Assembly: GCA_965224085.1 (NCBI GenBank)
Contig: CBDCYI010000004.1
Span: 1,856,001-1,920,000 of the forward strand
Reading direction: 5' to 3'
Source: Candidatus Marinacidobacterales bacterium
GTDB taxonomy: Bacteria; Acidobacteriota; Vicinamibacteria; Marinacidobacterales; SMYC01
DNA: 64,000 bases
The notes beneath the pieces are model-generated. The model saw only the letters and a list, made by a program, of their open reading frames with translations. It did no database searches and had not been told where the DNA came from. Below, piece after piece: positions 19,952 through 29,782 of this stretch; positions within the stretch are counted from its first letter, which is position 1, and each line of letters begins with the position of its first letter. The translations under genes and the position numbers were made by a program.

Positions 19952-20473
19952 GTGAGCGCTCAACCGAAGCGGGATCTCCTCGCGGAGCTTTCGCTCTCGT
20001 CCGCGCGCTGGACCCGCATCTGGGGCGTACCGGAGCTCGAGCACCGCAGCTCCATCGAGTGGAGCCCGCGGATGACCCGCAGTCTTGGCGTTTGCTATCC
20101 GCGTAGAGGTAGGGTCCGTCTCGCCGCATATCTCCAGACGGCGGAGCGGCGGCTCGTCGAAGAAGTGCTATGCCACGAGATGGCGCACCTCGCCGCGCGC
20201 GAGCTACACGGAGACAGAATCCGTCCTCACGGCCGCGAGTGGAAACGCTTGATGGAAGCCGTCGGCTACGTCCCCCGAACGCGACTTGCTGTGCCGGCCG
20301 GTCTGCGGCCAACCCCCAAGCAAAGGAAACGGCGCAGCTTTGGGCTCTACATCCATCTCTGTCCGGTGTGTCAGCGCATACGCGTCACGCGCCAACCGAT
20401 AAAGCGGTGGCGCTGCTGCGCCTGCGTCCATGCCGGCCGCGACGGCGTTCTCACGCTTACTCGAAGACTATGA
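19952..20473 (+). CDS. SprT-like zinc metalloprotease
   Basis: RMTRSLG, HEMAH (HExxH), HGREWKRLM, C-terminal CPVC...CCAC. Confidence 0.82.
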   Translation: MSAQPKRDLLAELSLSSARWTRIWGVPELEHRSSIEWSPRMTRSLGVCYPRRGRVRLAAYLQTAERRLVEEVLCHEMAHLAARELHGDRIRPHGREWKRLMEAVGYVPRTRLAVPAGLRPTPKQRKRRSFGLYIHLCPVCQRIRVTRQPIKRWRCCACVHAGRDGVLTLTRRL

Positions 20474-20495
20474 GCAGCGGCCAGCTTTAGGCCCT

Positions 20496-21200
20496 TTAGC
20501 CCGAGAGCGCGCTCAGGCTGGACTCGTAAACGGCCGCGCAACCAAGAGCGACGGTCGCGAGACCCACGACCCACTGAAGCCCATCCCTAAATCGCGTCAG
20601 GCCCTCGGCGGAGAAACGAAAGGGAATCGCGATGACCGCGGATAGGAGCGTCATCCCGAGAATCGAGCCGAGGCCGAACAGCAGCATGTAGATCATACCG
20701 ACCGCGACGGAAGGCGTGCGCTCCAAAGTAAGGAGAATCAAAGCAGCGGAGCCTGCCATCCCGTGCACGAGGCCAATCACAAGAGCCCGAAGGCCGTTGA
20801 CCCTTACGTGAGTATGCTCGTGAGCATCATGTGTCGGCTCGCCCGCATGGGCGTGTAGATGCAGGTGGTGTGTTCCATCGCCGTGCTCGTGCTGATGAAA
20901 ATGAACCTGGTCGCGGCGCACTCGTCGGATGACGTCGAGACCGAGAATCACGAGCATGACGCCGACAGCGAGCTCGAGCCCGGCGGCAAGCCGGCTGGGC
21001 ATCACGCTGTCGACGAGAAGCACGACCGTCCCAAAAAGCGAGAGCGCGATCGTGTGGCCGACGCCCCACAACGCCCCGTGGCGGATGCACTCCGCCGGCG
21101 TTTTGGCGCCCGTCGCGAGCGTCGCGACCGCAGCGATATGGTCCGCCTCGAGCGCGTGGCGCATCCCGATGAGAAAGCCCAGAACCAGAAGTCCGACCAT
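20496..21200 (-). CDS. Ni/Co transporter (NiCoT/UreH-like)
   Basis: GMRHALEADH, His-rich loop, GLVHGMAGSA; several TM helices. Confidence 0.88.
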   Translation of the reverse strand: MVGLLVLGFLIGMRHALEADHIAAVATLATGAKTPAECIRHGALWGVGHTIALSLFGTVVLLVDSVMPSRLAAGLELAVGVMLVILGLDVIRRVRRDQVHFHQHEHGDGTHHLHLHAHAGEPTHDAHEHTHVRVNGLRALVIGLVHGMAGSAALILLTLERTPSVAVGMIYMLLFGLGSILGMTLLSAVIAIPFRFSAEGLTRFRDGLQWVVGLATVALGCAAVYESSLSALSG

Positions 21201-21209
21201 CCAAGAATT

Positions 21210-22139
21210 CTACAGCGCCCGATGGCGCTCGAAGGACTGCTGGTTCGTACCGGAAAGCAACAGGTGCGACGGAAGACGTCGCCCGAGAAAGCCTTCGATG
21301 AGACGCGCGGCTTCCATGACACGATCGATATCGATGCCCGTTTCGAGATCCATCTCGTCGCACATGTTCACGAGATCCTCGGTGGGGATATTTCCCGTGG
21401 CCGCGGGCGTCACGGGGCATCCGCCCAACCCTCCAATCGAGGAATCGTAGGTATCGATCCCCGCCTGAAGGCCCGCAAGCACGTTGGCGAAGCCGAGACC
21501 TCGCGTGTTGTGAATGTGGAGCGACAGCTCTACGTCCTCATCGAGCTCTTCCTGCAGACGCAGCATGAGACGTGTGACTTCTGTCGGATTGGCCATTCCC
21601 ACGGTATCCGCAATCGAGATCTCACGAATGCCCATGGCTACGAACGCATGCGAAAGCTCCGAGACGCGGTCCGGGGGCGTCGGCCCTTCGAAGGGGCAGG
21701 CGAAGGAGACGCCGATGGCGACTTCCACCGGGACGTCGCGCTTCGATGCGATCCCGACGATCTCCTCACAGTCGCGAACGGACTCGGCGACCGACATCCG
21801 CACATTTCGCTGGTTGAAGGTCTCGCTGGCGCAGACGACGAGGCGGAGGGCGTCGATATCTTCCTCGACCGCGAGCTCCGCCCCCCGGGTATTGGGAACC
21901 AAAACAGTGTAGCGCACGCCCGGCGCGCGTCGGATGCCCCGCATGACTTGACGCGCATCCGCCATCTGCGGCACCGCCTTGGGGCTGACGAACGACGTCG
22001 TCTCGATCTTGCGAACGCCGGAGCAAGAGATGGCGTCGATGACTTGGATTTTCAAGTCCGTGGGAATGAACGCCTGCTCCGTCTGGAAGCCGTCGCGCGG
22101 CCCCACGTCCACGATGTCGACCTTGTCCGGCAAGCTCAT
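21210..22139 (-). CDS. hmgL: Hydroxymethylglutaryl-CoA lyase
   Basis: DVGPRDGFQ, SFVSPKAVPQMAD, LHIHNTRG, GGLGGCP...ATGNIPTEDL. Confidence 0.93.
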   Translation of the reverse strand: MSLPDKVDIVDVGPRDGFQTEQAFIPTDLKIQVIDAISCSGVRKIETTSFVSPKAVPQMADARQVMRGIRRAPGVRYTVLVPNTRGAELAVEEDIDALRLVVCASETFNQRNVRMSVAESVRDCEEIVGIASKRDVPVEVAIGVSFACPFEGPTPPDRVSELSHAFVAMGIREISIADTVGMANPTEVTRLMLRLQEELDEDVELSLHIHNTRGLGFANVLAGLQAGIDTYDSSIGGLGGCPVTPAATGNIPTEDLVNMCDEMDLETGIDIDRVMEAARLIEGFLGRRLPSHLLLSGTNQQSFERHRAL

Positions 22140-22258
22140 TCGTCTGGATGTTAGCACGTACCTCGACGGAATAAATTTTCCGCCGGGAAGTAGGAACTTT
22201 AGACGGTTTCGGGTGTCTAAAACGGATAGATGGACACCTCGCCGCCGGGGAGGAAATC

Positions 22259-23218
22259 ATGCATTCCATCTCTGCGCTCGTGGCGTTTTCGATTCTCACT
22301 CCGATCCCACAGGTCGAAGAGCCCATTACCCACGGAAAACTTACCGTTTACGTGGTCCGCGCCTCGCAAACGGACCCGCGCTCGTACATCACGCTCGACG
22401 AAGGCCTCGAATCCGGAGCCGTCGAGGTGCGCGAGCGGGGTAGCGGTGACGTCAATAGCCTCGAAGTGGAGAACGGCTCCGACAGACACCTATTCTTGCA
22501 TGTCGGAGACATCATTCGCGGGGGCAAGCAGGACCGCACGATTGCGACCGACGTTTTGATCCCACCGCGGTCGGCCCCCATCGCGGTCGATGCGTTTTGC
22601 GTCGAGCACGGCCGGTGGGCCGCCGATGCGCGCGCGGGCTCCGCCTTTTCCTCCAATGACGCCCTCGCGAGCGGTGCCAAGCTCAAGAGAAGCATCCAGC
22701 GCGCCCAAAGCCAGCAAGAGGTCTGGGACGCCGTCTCGGTTGCAGAAACGGTTGTCGCGGTATACGCAGCCGCTCCATCCAACCGTCTATCTTCGTCGGG
22801 CACTTATAGCGCGATCGTTGAGAACGAGCCACTGCGGGCGGAACGCGAAGACTACGTCGAAGCTGTGTTGCCTCGAGTGCTCGCCCACGAGGACGCGGTT
22901 GGCGTGGTCGTCGCCATCGATGGCGAGATTGTCGGTGCAGACCTCTATCGTTCTCACGAGCTCTTCGGGAAACTCGCCCGCAAAGTGCTCGACGCCTACG
23001 CGCAAGAGGCAATTCTCAGCGGAGACGCGCCGGCTGCAGCGCCTCCGACTATAGGCGCGGTGTCGCGATTCCTGGACGATGGAGCGAACGTGACGACCGA
23101 ATCCTTATCGACCACGATGGAACGAAGCTCGTCGGAGAATGCCGACGCCGACATATTCGAGTACCGCTTTCGCGAGGACGCGAAACCCTTGCACTCGAGC
23201 TACGTCAAAAAGAGATAG
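22259..23218 (+). CDS. DUF6569/ARPP-1-like domain protein with a short N-terminal hydrophobic leader
   Basis: YITLDEGL, VNSLEVEN, GDIIRGGKQDRTI, FCVEHGRW, QQEVWD, GVVVAIDGEIVGADLY; good RBS (GGGGAGG). Confidence 0.75.
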   Translation: MHSISALVAFSILTPIPQVEEPITHGKLTVYVVRASQTDPRSYITLDEGLESGAVEVRERGSGDVNSLEVENGSDRHLFLHVGDIIRGGKQDRTIATDVLIPPRSAPIAVDAFCVEHGRWAADARAGSAFSSNDALASGAKLKRSIQRAQSQQEVWDAVSVAETVVAVYAAAPSNRLSSSGTYSAIVENEPLRAEREDYVEAVLPRVLAHEDAVGVVVAIDGEIVGADLYRSHELFGKLARKVLDAYAQEAILSGDAPAAAPPTIGAVSRFLDDGANVTTESLSTTMERSSSENADADIFEYRFREDAKPLHSSYVKKR

Positions 23219-23227
23219 TGGCTGTTC

Positions 23228-23665
23228 TCAACCGCCGATGCCGTCGGCGGTGAAGAATGCTTCGAGAGATCCGATCTCGTCCGAGAGCCTCTCGATGGTC
23301 TGCTTCATCAAAGGCTTCGTCGTGGCGAGGCCGACGACTTTCTCAGCGTCGTCGACGATCGGAATGTGATTGAAGGGTCGGCCCGCCATGACCTTCATCG
23401 CTTCCGGGAGCTCCATGTCCTGAGACATGACCTCTACCGGTGCCGTCATGACCGACGCGATGCTCGTCGAGCCAGGAGGCAGTCCCTTCAGCACGACGCG
23501 CTCGATCGCGTCACGGCGCGTGAAGATGCCGGCCGCTTTTTCGTCCTCGAGCACGACAACCGCGCCAATCTTCTCCGCGGTCATCACCTCGAGTGCTTGG
23601 TGGACGGACGCGTCCGAGGGAACGGAAATGGCGGGTTTGCGACACACACGCGAAACACTCATCAC
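23228..23665 (-). CDS. CBS-domain-pair protein
   Basis: SVHQALEVM...IGAVVV...GIFTRRD...VMT...HIPIVD. Confidence 0.88.
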   Translation of the reverse strand: MMSVSRVCRKPAISVPSDASVHQALEVMTAEKIGAVVVLEDEKAAGIFTRRDAIERVVLKGLPPGSTSIASVMTAPVEVMSQDMELPEAMKVMAGRPFNHIPIVDDAEKVVGLATTKPLMKQTIERLSDEIGSLEAFFTADGIGG

Positions 23666-23679
23666 TCAACTCCCTCAGG

Positions 23680-23789
23680 AGTCATCCGCTCTTTCGAAAA
23701 TATCGACTTCCGTTCCTTCCAGTTGGAACTCCTTCGGAATTCGGACCGCCTGGCTGTTGCCGCTTGATCTTCGCTATCTTGATGGCCAT
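23680..23789 (-). pseudogene. vapB: AbrB/VapB-type antitoxin remnant (frameshifted, truncated; toxin absent)
   Basis: MAIKIAKI / SGNSQAVRIPKEFQLEGTEVDIFER, with an AGGAG RBS upstream. Confidence 0.75.
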
Positions 23790-23798
23790 CTGCTCTCC

Positions 23799-23841
23799 TA
23801 AATGTATATACGAACGTATATACATTTACAACGGTATCAAG
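23799..23841 (-). promoter_or_regulatory. vapBC-type promoter and operator
   Basis: Perfect 14-bp inverted repeat TAAATGTATATACG-AA-CGTATATACATTTA (23799-23828), with a TTGATA -35-like hexamer upstream on the minus strand. Confidence 0.75.
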
Positions 23842-23966
23842 TGAGAAGCGCGCCGCCGGCGTCTGCGTCGTTGGAACTTCTGTCACCGCGTGGCCATGAA
23901 GCATGGTAGCGCTCCCACCTCGCTCGAACCCATCTCGAGCTCCTGCATGTCGCTCTTTGATTTTCC

Positions 23967-25703
23967 CTACCGGGGTAAGAGAGATTGGCGGAGCTCCAAA
24001 ATTTCTGAGCTCTCGAGGATAGCGCCACCGAAACGTGCGCGGTAATAGCCTTCGATGACACGTGCGCCAGCTTCTCGAACGGAGACCGGCATATCCTCCA
24101 ATGGAAGGCTCGTCCAGTGCTCGAGAGGCGCTCGACTTTTCGGGCGCGGCCACCCGAGCTTCTCGACGGTCGCGTCGAGCTCGCGCAGCAATCGCTCGAG
24201 CTCGGGACGCTCCTCGCTCTCGAGCGACGACGCCCATCTCCCAGGAAACCGAAACTTCACCCTTCGCGCCACCGCCCACCCGACGATGGCTAAAACGAGA
24301 AGCCACATGCCGGGCTTCACCCAACGCGACCCATCGAAATGGCGAAGCGACGCGTAGAGGCTCGCACAAAAAGCTCGTAGCCACTCACCGACTTTGGAAA
24401 GAAAGCCGTCATCGAGCGCAGCATGGAGCGCCTCGTACTCCGCCGCGGGTGTCGGGTCGTACTCGAGCCATCCCTTCCCCTCGATAAAGGCTTCGATCCA
24501 AGCGTGGCGATCCCACTCCCGGACGACGTAGTGGTCGCCCTTTTTCTGGCTCCCAATCACGTTGAACCCACGCACGTAGCGCGTGGGGATCCCCTGCGTG
24601 CGGAGCAACACCGCCGCTGAGCCCGCGAAGTACTCACACCAGCCTTCACGCTTGCGAAAAAGAAAGTCGGCGATTGGATCCTGGCGGTCCATCGCCCCTA
24701 CATCCAACGAGTAACGGTAGTTTTCGCGGAGATGCGCGACCACCCTCTCGACCACGGTCTCGTCTTCAGAAGCGCCTTCCGCCAAACGCGCGGCGAGATC
24801 GCGGACGCGAGGATCGAGCGCTTCGGGAAGCTCGAGGCTTGCTTCGAGCGTCGCCGCATCGGGCGCGGCCTCTTGAACGCGCTGATGGTTCACGTCGTGA
24901 AGAACACCCCAGACGTGTACCCGCGCGCGAGGTGGCAGGAGCACGACCGCGGCCGGATCGATCTGAACCTTGTCGGCAGGAGCACGCACCAGATAGGAGC
25001 CACCCGGCGTCGCCAGCCCGCCCCCGTCCACCCGCACCACCCTCGTCCGGATCAAGCGCTGGCGATGCAAGCTTTCCGGTAGCGGCACGAAATCGGCGCC
25101 GGGCAGCTCGGCTACAAAAGCCTGCGCAGCGGTATCGAGAGCCACCGTGCCCACGACCGGCGCGAGCTCGCGGAGGCCAGCCGCATCGCGTGACCAACCC
25201 GTGCCATCGAAGTGGACCAACACGCGACTTCGGAGCCGCTGCGGCCGCTCGCTCCAGACGCGCATCACAACCTTCCTCGAAAGCTTCAGCCGCTGCAGCT
25301 CGCCGAGCTGAGCTCGATGCTGCGCCGCATTGCCGTCTCTGGATGGCGTGTAGATCGTCATCATCGTTTCTTCGACGCGGCTTTGCGTCCACGGCAGCAC
25401 GACCAAGATCGCCGCTCCGAGCGCCAAAGCCATCACGGCCACGCCGCCGAGAAGTGCCATCCGTCGCCACCTTCGGTCATCATCCGAAGGCAAGCTGTCG
25501 ATCGCAAGATAGATGAAGCCCGTAACCCCGGCGAGCAGGAGATAAGCATGGACCTCGGCTTCATTCCGGAAGCTCGCCACGACGAGGAGCGCTGCGGCTG
25601 CCGGTATCGTAGTTGACCACACGGACATCGTGGAGCGGCACACTACGAACACGCTTCCGAGACTCCCGAGCGTGTAGCCGAGCGCAAGCGACCAAAACTT
25701 CAT
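23967..25703 (-). CDS. Transglutaminase-like membrane protein (TgpA/DUF3488 type); N-terminal TM region looks shortened
   Basis: EGWCEYFAG, GIPTRYVRGF, HAWIE, WLEYDPTP catalytic motifs. Confidence 0.85.
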   Translation of the reverse strand: MKFWSLALGYTLGSLGSVFVVCRSTMSVWSTTIPAAAALLVVASFRNEAEVHAYLLLAGVTGFIYLAIDSLPSDDDRRWRRMALLGGVAVMALALGAAILVVLPWTQSRVEETMMTIYTPSRDGNAAQHRAQLGELQRLKLSRKVVMRVWSERPQRLRSRVLVHFDGTGWSRDAAGLRELAPVVGTVALDTAAQAFVAELPGADFVPLPESLHRQRLIRTRVVRVDGGGLATPGGSYLVRAPADKVQIDPAAVVLLPPRARVHVWGVLHDVNHQRVQEAAPDAATLEASLELPEALDPRVRDLAARLAEGASEDETVVERVVAHLRENYRYSLDVGAMDRQDPIADFLFRKREGWCEYFAGSAAVLLRTQGIPTRYVRGFNVIGSQKKGDHYVVREWDRHAWIEAFIEGKGWLEYDPTPAAEYEALHAALDDGFLSKVGEWLRAFCASLYASLRHFDGSRWVKPGMWLLVLAIVGWAVARRVKFRFPGRWASSLESEERPELERLLRELDATVEKLGWPRPKSRAPLEHWTSLPLEDMPVSVREAGARVIEGYYRARFGGAILESSEILELRQSLLPR

Positions 25704-25705
25704 GT

Positions 25706-26814
25706 TGTCCCATCGCCTTCACCCGGCGAAGAAACTCGGCCCGTGGTCGGTCCCAGTCCTGAACGACGGCCACGACGCTCGTGATTTGACCGAGCTTTTC
25801 GAAAAGCGCAGGCCCCACGACGTCGAAAGCCGGCTCGGGGCAGGGCTCGAGACACGCCAGCACATCGAGAATGTTCTCGAGATAAGCGAGGCTCCGACCG
25901 GCGCTGACTTCATAGATATCTGGCCCCGCGGCAAAGATGTCGACGACGTGATCGCTCCGGCTGAAGAAATCCGCCACCGACGCAACGACGGAGATCGCGG
26001 CTTCGAAAGCCTGCACGTCCTCGGCGCGCGCTCTTTTAGGAACGAACGTATCCAAAATCAGCGCGATCCTCGAAAAGTACTCTTCTTGAAACTCCATCAC
26101 GACCGGCTTCCCGACGCGCGCCCAGGACCGCCAGTGAATGTGCCGTATGGGATCGCCTCGCTGGTACTCCCGCGTCCCGAGAAACTCCAGGCTGTCGCCT
26201 GTGTGCGAGGCGAGTGGAATGCCTCCGGGTTGATAGCGCCGGCCGAGCGGAAGATGAAAGGACTCCATCGCGTAGAAACGCGGATAGACGAGCAGCACTT
26301 CTTCGGCGAGTGTTTGTGCACTTCCCGCGACGAGGCCGAGCGGGTCCGTCGCTCGCACGGTGGGTGCTGGGATCACATAGCGGCCCCGCCTCTCGATGCA
26401 CACCGAAACGCTCGAGCGCACATGGTCGGCATCCCCCGAAACCACGACCGACTGGCGCGGCTCGACGGAAACGTTGCTGCCCCACCTTCGAGGACGCGGG
26501 AACGAAACGAGAAGTGGACGGAGCAGGCCCTTGGAGGTCACGCGCATCGGGATCTCGAGGGTCTGTCCCGCGGACATGCGCAGCGGCAGGCTGCAAGAGA
26601 GCTCGACCCGAGGAGGACGCGCGAGCGCGAACAACGCCGCGACCACGAGGATCGCTGCGGAGACGGCAAAGACTTTGAACACCTGGCTCCCGCGGGTGTC
26701 CAAACCCATCATCGCGAGCGCCGCCGTCAGCCACAGTAGATACCGCCCCCGGGGCGTTAGCCGCTCGCGATATTGGTCGAAGACCGAGCGGATGAAAGGG
26801 AAGGGCCGCCGCAC
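25706..26814 (-). CDS. DUF58 domain protein; C-terminus probably lost at a junction near 25706
   Basis: EFLGTREYQRGDPIRHIHWRSWAR, LILDT, FEAAISVVASV; reading continues out of frame into the tgpA start. Confidence 0.82.
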
Positions 26815-26817
26815 GGA

Positions 26818-27762
26818 TCACACTCCGACGGGCGTCGCGTCCAAAATCTCGCGGACGACGTCTTCTTTCTGGGTACCCGAATATTTGGCCTTGGTGTCGA
26901 GCGCGAGACGATGCGCGAGCACGGGAACCGCTATCGCCTTCACGTCTTCCGGGATCACGAAATCACGGCCGAGAACGAAAGCTCGCGCTTGCGAGGCCCG
27001 GAAAAGCGCCAACGTTCCGCGAGGCGAGCAACCGGTCTTGAGCGACGGATGCTGCCGCGTCGCCTCTGCGAGCTCGACGAGATACTGCCCTATCTTGCGA
27101 TCGAGCCGGGTTGCGAACACCGTCTCCTGAACCGCCACGACGTCCCGTGCGTCGAGCACGGACTCCACATCCTCTAAAGGATGATGATGAAACTGGCTAT
27201 AGAGCATCTCGACCTCTTGCTCTTTGGGCGGATAGCCGAGCCCGACTTTCATCCCGAACCGATCGAGCTGAGCTTCCGGAAGCGGATAGGTACCGTGAAA
27301 CTCAATTGGGTTCTGCGTGGCGATGACGAGAAAAGGCGATGGAAGCGGCCGCGTCTCACCTTCGGTCGAGGCCTGTCGCTCGCTCATCGCCTCGAGAAGG
27401 CTCGACTGCGTGCGAGGAGAGGCTCGATTGATCTCGTCCGCGAGCAGAATATTCGCGAAGATAGGTCCTTTCTTGAACCGAAAGCTCCCGTCCGTGGGGT
27501 TGTAAATCGAGCTCCCGAGAACGTCTGCAGGAAGCAGATCGGGCGTGAACTGGATGCGGCTGAACTCGCCTGAAATCGAGCGCGAAAGCGCTTTGGCGAG
27601 CGTGGTCTTCCCCACCCCGGGAACGTCTTCCATGAGGATGTGGCTCCCGCTAAAGAGTGCTATGAGCATGTTGTCGAGCACTTCTGGCTTTCCCAAGATG
27701 ACTCGAGCTAGCTGCTCTTCGAGCCGATCGACTTGGGCAGGTCTCGTTTCTTGTTTGAGCAT
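26818..27762 (-). CDS. moxR: MoxR-family AAA+ ATPase
   Basis: EDVPGVGKT, RIQFTPDLLPAD, LADEINRA, ATQNPIE...YPLPEAQLDRF. Confidence 0.95.
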   Translation of the reverse strand: MLKQETRPAQVDRLEEQLARVILGKPEVLDNMLIALFSGSHILMEDVPGVGKTTLAKALSRSISGEFSRIQFTPDLLPADVLGSSIYNPTDGSFRFKKGPIFANILLADEINRASPRTQSSLLEAMSERQASTEGETRPLPSPFLVIATQNPIEFHGTYPLPEAQLDRFGMKVGLGYPPKEQEVEMLYSQFHHHPLEDVESVLDARDVVAVQETVFATRLDRKIGQYLVELAEATRQHPSLKTGCSPRGTLALFRASQARAFVLGRDFVIPEDVKAIAVPVLAHRLALDTKAKYSGTQKEDVVREILDATPVGV

Positions 27763-28101
27763 AGAGTACCCTTCGAACAGAGCGTCACGCGCACTTTTTT
27801 TGGACCGCGCGGCAGGTTTCCTTCGAGTATGTGGACCGGTTTCCGGCGTGTCAATTAAGAGCGCGCATCGCCGCGGCGGGCGGGAGAAGCTCACGAGCGC
27901 GTGGCTCTTCGGCGACAAAAACGATGCCGCGTGCCACCTTGATGGCGGTGAGGCTAGGGCGGTCGGCCCTCATGACACGGCCCACTTTAGCATCGACCCG
28001 CCCGGGTGACGACGCGGGGAGTCGATGGACTTCCGGGGCGAGAACCTCATACACTTGCGCCCGAGCTCGCTCCGGCGAGCAAATAAATCAGGGGTGGAAT
28101 C

Positions 28102-29331
28102 ATGAAGAAAAAGAACGTTCTCATCGGCTCAGGGCTTCTCTTGGCCCTCGTCGCGCTCGGCATAGGGCAGCTCCAGCTCGAGCGCGTCTCGGCCTCCCAG
28201 ACGGAGGCCGCCGAAGCGCCGATGTTCGAAGTCGATCCCTTTTGGCCGAAGCCCTTGCCCAATCATTGGGTCATCGGCTCCGCGATTGGGATCACGATCG
28301 ATTCAAGAGACCACGTTTTCATCATCCATCGTCAAGGCACGCTCAACCCTTCGACCGAGGTGAGCGCGGCGGCCGACCCGCCGACGGCCACAGAGTGCTG
28401 CGTGCCCGCGCCTAACGTCCTCGAGTTCGATCCCGATGGCAACCTCGTCGGCCACTGGGGCGGCCCGGCCGACGGCTATGATTGGCCCCAGTCGAATCAC
28501 GGGATTACGATCGATCCGATGGACAACATCTGGATTGGCGGCAACGGAGCGAGCGACGCCCACGTGTTGAAGTTCACCCGTGAAGGCAAGTTCCTGAAAC
28601 AGTTCGGCAAACCCAACGCACGGCGCAAGCCGGGCTCGTCCGACGCGGAGCCGACCTTCGTGGGTAATAGCCACGACAAGGAAAACTTCGGCAGGGTCGC
28701 CAAGATTGGCTTCGATGCGAGCGGCACAGAGGCGTTCGTCGCCGACGGCTACCTGAACAAACGCGTCGCGGTCCTCGACTCGGAAACGGGCGCCATGAAG
28801 AGGTATTGGGGCGCTTACGGCAACAAGCCCGACGACGCCGACGCTGGCCGCTACAACCCGAGCGCTCCGCCCGCACAGCAGTTTCGCAATCCCGTGCACT
28901 GCGCCGACCCCTCCGTCGATGGGCTCCTCTACGTATGCGACCGCGTGAACAACCGTGTTCAGGTGTTTCGCAAAGACGGGGAGTACGTGGACGAAGTGTT
29001 CGTGGAAAAAGAGAGCCTCGGAAGCGGCGCTGCTTGGGATGTTTCCTTCTCGAACGATTCGGAGCAGCGCTACATGTACGTTGCCGACGGCAAGAACGAG
29101 CGAGTCCACATCGTCGAGCGGAAAACGCTCACGGTGCTGACGAACTTCGGGGACGGCGGCCGGCAGCCCGGACAGTTCTTCGGCGTGCACAGCATCGCCA
29201 CCGATTCGAAGGGCAACATTTACACGACCGAGACCTACGAGGGGAAGCGCATCCAGAAGTTCGTCTACAAGGGGATGGGCCCCGTGCGCAAGAAGAACCA
29301 GGGTACGATCTGGCCGACATCTTCGAATTGA
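28102..29331 (+). CDS. Secreted NHL-repeat beta-propeller protein
   Basis: Signal peptide; FEVDPFWPKPLPNHW, VADGYLNKRV, YVCDRVNNRVQVF, HSIATDSKGNIYT. Confidence 0.85.
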   Translation: MKKKNVLIGSGLLLALVALGIGQLQLERVSASQTEAAEAPMFEVDPFWPKPLPNHWVIGSAIGITIDSRDHVFIIHRQGTLNPSTEVSAAADPPTATECCVPAPNVLEFDPDGNLVGHWGGPADGYDWPQSNHGITIDPMDNIWIGGNGASDAHVLKFTREGKFLKQFGKPNARRKPGSSDAEPTFVGNSHDKENFGRVAKIGFDASGTEAFVADGYLNKRVAVLDSETGAMKRYWGAYGNKPDDADAGRYNPSAPPAQQFRNPVHCADPSVDGLLYVCDRVNNRVQVFRKDGEYVDEVFVEKESLGSGAAWDVSFSNDSEQRYMYVADGKNERVHIVERKTLTVLTNFGDGGRQPGQFFGVHSIATDSKGNIYTTETYEGKRIQKFVYKGMGPVRKKNQGTIWPTSSN

Positions 29332-29353
29332 TCACCCGGGACAATAACCGCGC

Positions 29354-29782
29354 ATGGCGAAGCGGCTGGCGCTTGGGTTTCTGACCGTAGCGCCCTTCGC
29401 CATTCTCTTGATTTTCTTTTTCACACCGGGGGCTCTGTCGTGGCTCTTCGCCGTGGTCGTGATGAGCTTTCCGATAGCTCTCGTAGCGCTCGCCGTCAGC
29501 CGCGACGGGCGGGTGGGACCGCGCCTACGCCTCCCTCTCCTGGCGCTGTTCGCATTGCTCCAGGTGGGTGTTACCGGTGTGCTCGCCTTCAGCGCGTCGA
29601 GCGTGAACGGCTTCTACGGATTCCCCCTGTCGCTACATTTTCTGTTGCTGCTGATTTGGCTCGGCCCTCTCTGTGTTACGACCCTGACCTACGCCGTCAC
29701 GTTCCCGGAGCTCGGCATAGACGACGAGCTCCTGGAGCGACTCGACCAGCTCAAAACGATGCGCCGCGACCGCGAATCCTAG
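29354..29782 (+). CDS. Small four-TM membrane protein adjoining the symporter
   Basis: Four hydrophobic segments; its stop abuts the symporter ATG. Confidence 0.7.
   Translation: MAKRLALGFLTVAPFAILLIFFFTPGALSWLFAVVVMSFPIALVALAVSRDGRVGPRLRLPLLALFALLQVGVTGVLAFSASSVNGFYGFPLSLHFLLLLIWLGPLCVTTLTYAVTFPELGIDDELLERLDQLKTMRRDRES

Noticed and set aside
20859-22154. Long antisense ORFs (e.g. 431 aa opposite hmgL, and many similar)
   Set aside because: Shadow ORFs expected in high-GC coding DNA; the opposite strand carries clear family motifs.
23967-27762. MoxR-DUF58-transglutaminase as a new system
   Set aside because: A well-known conserved triad.
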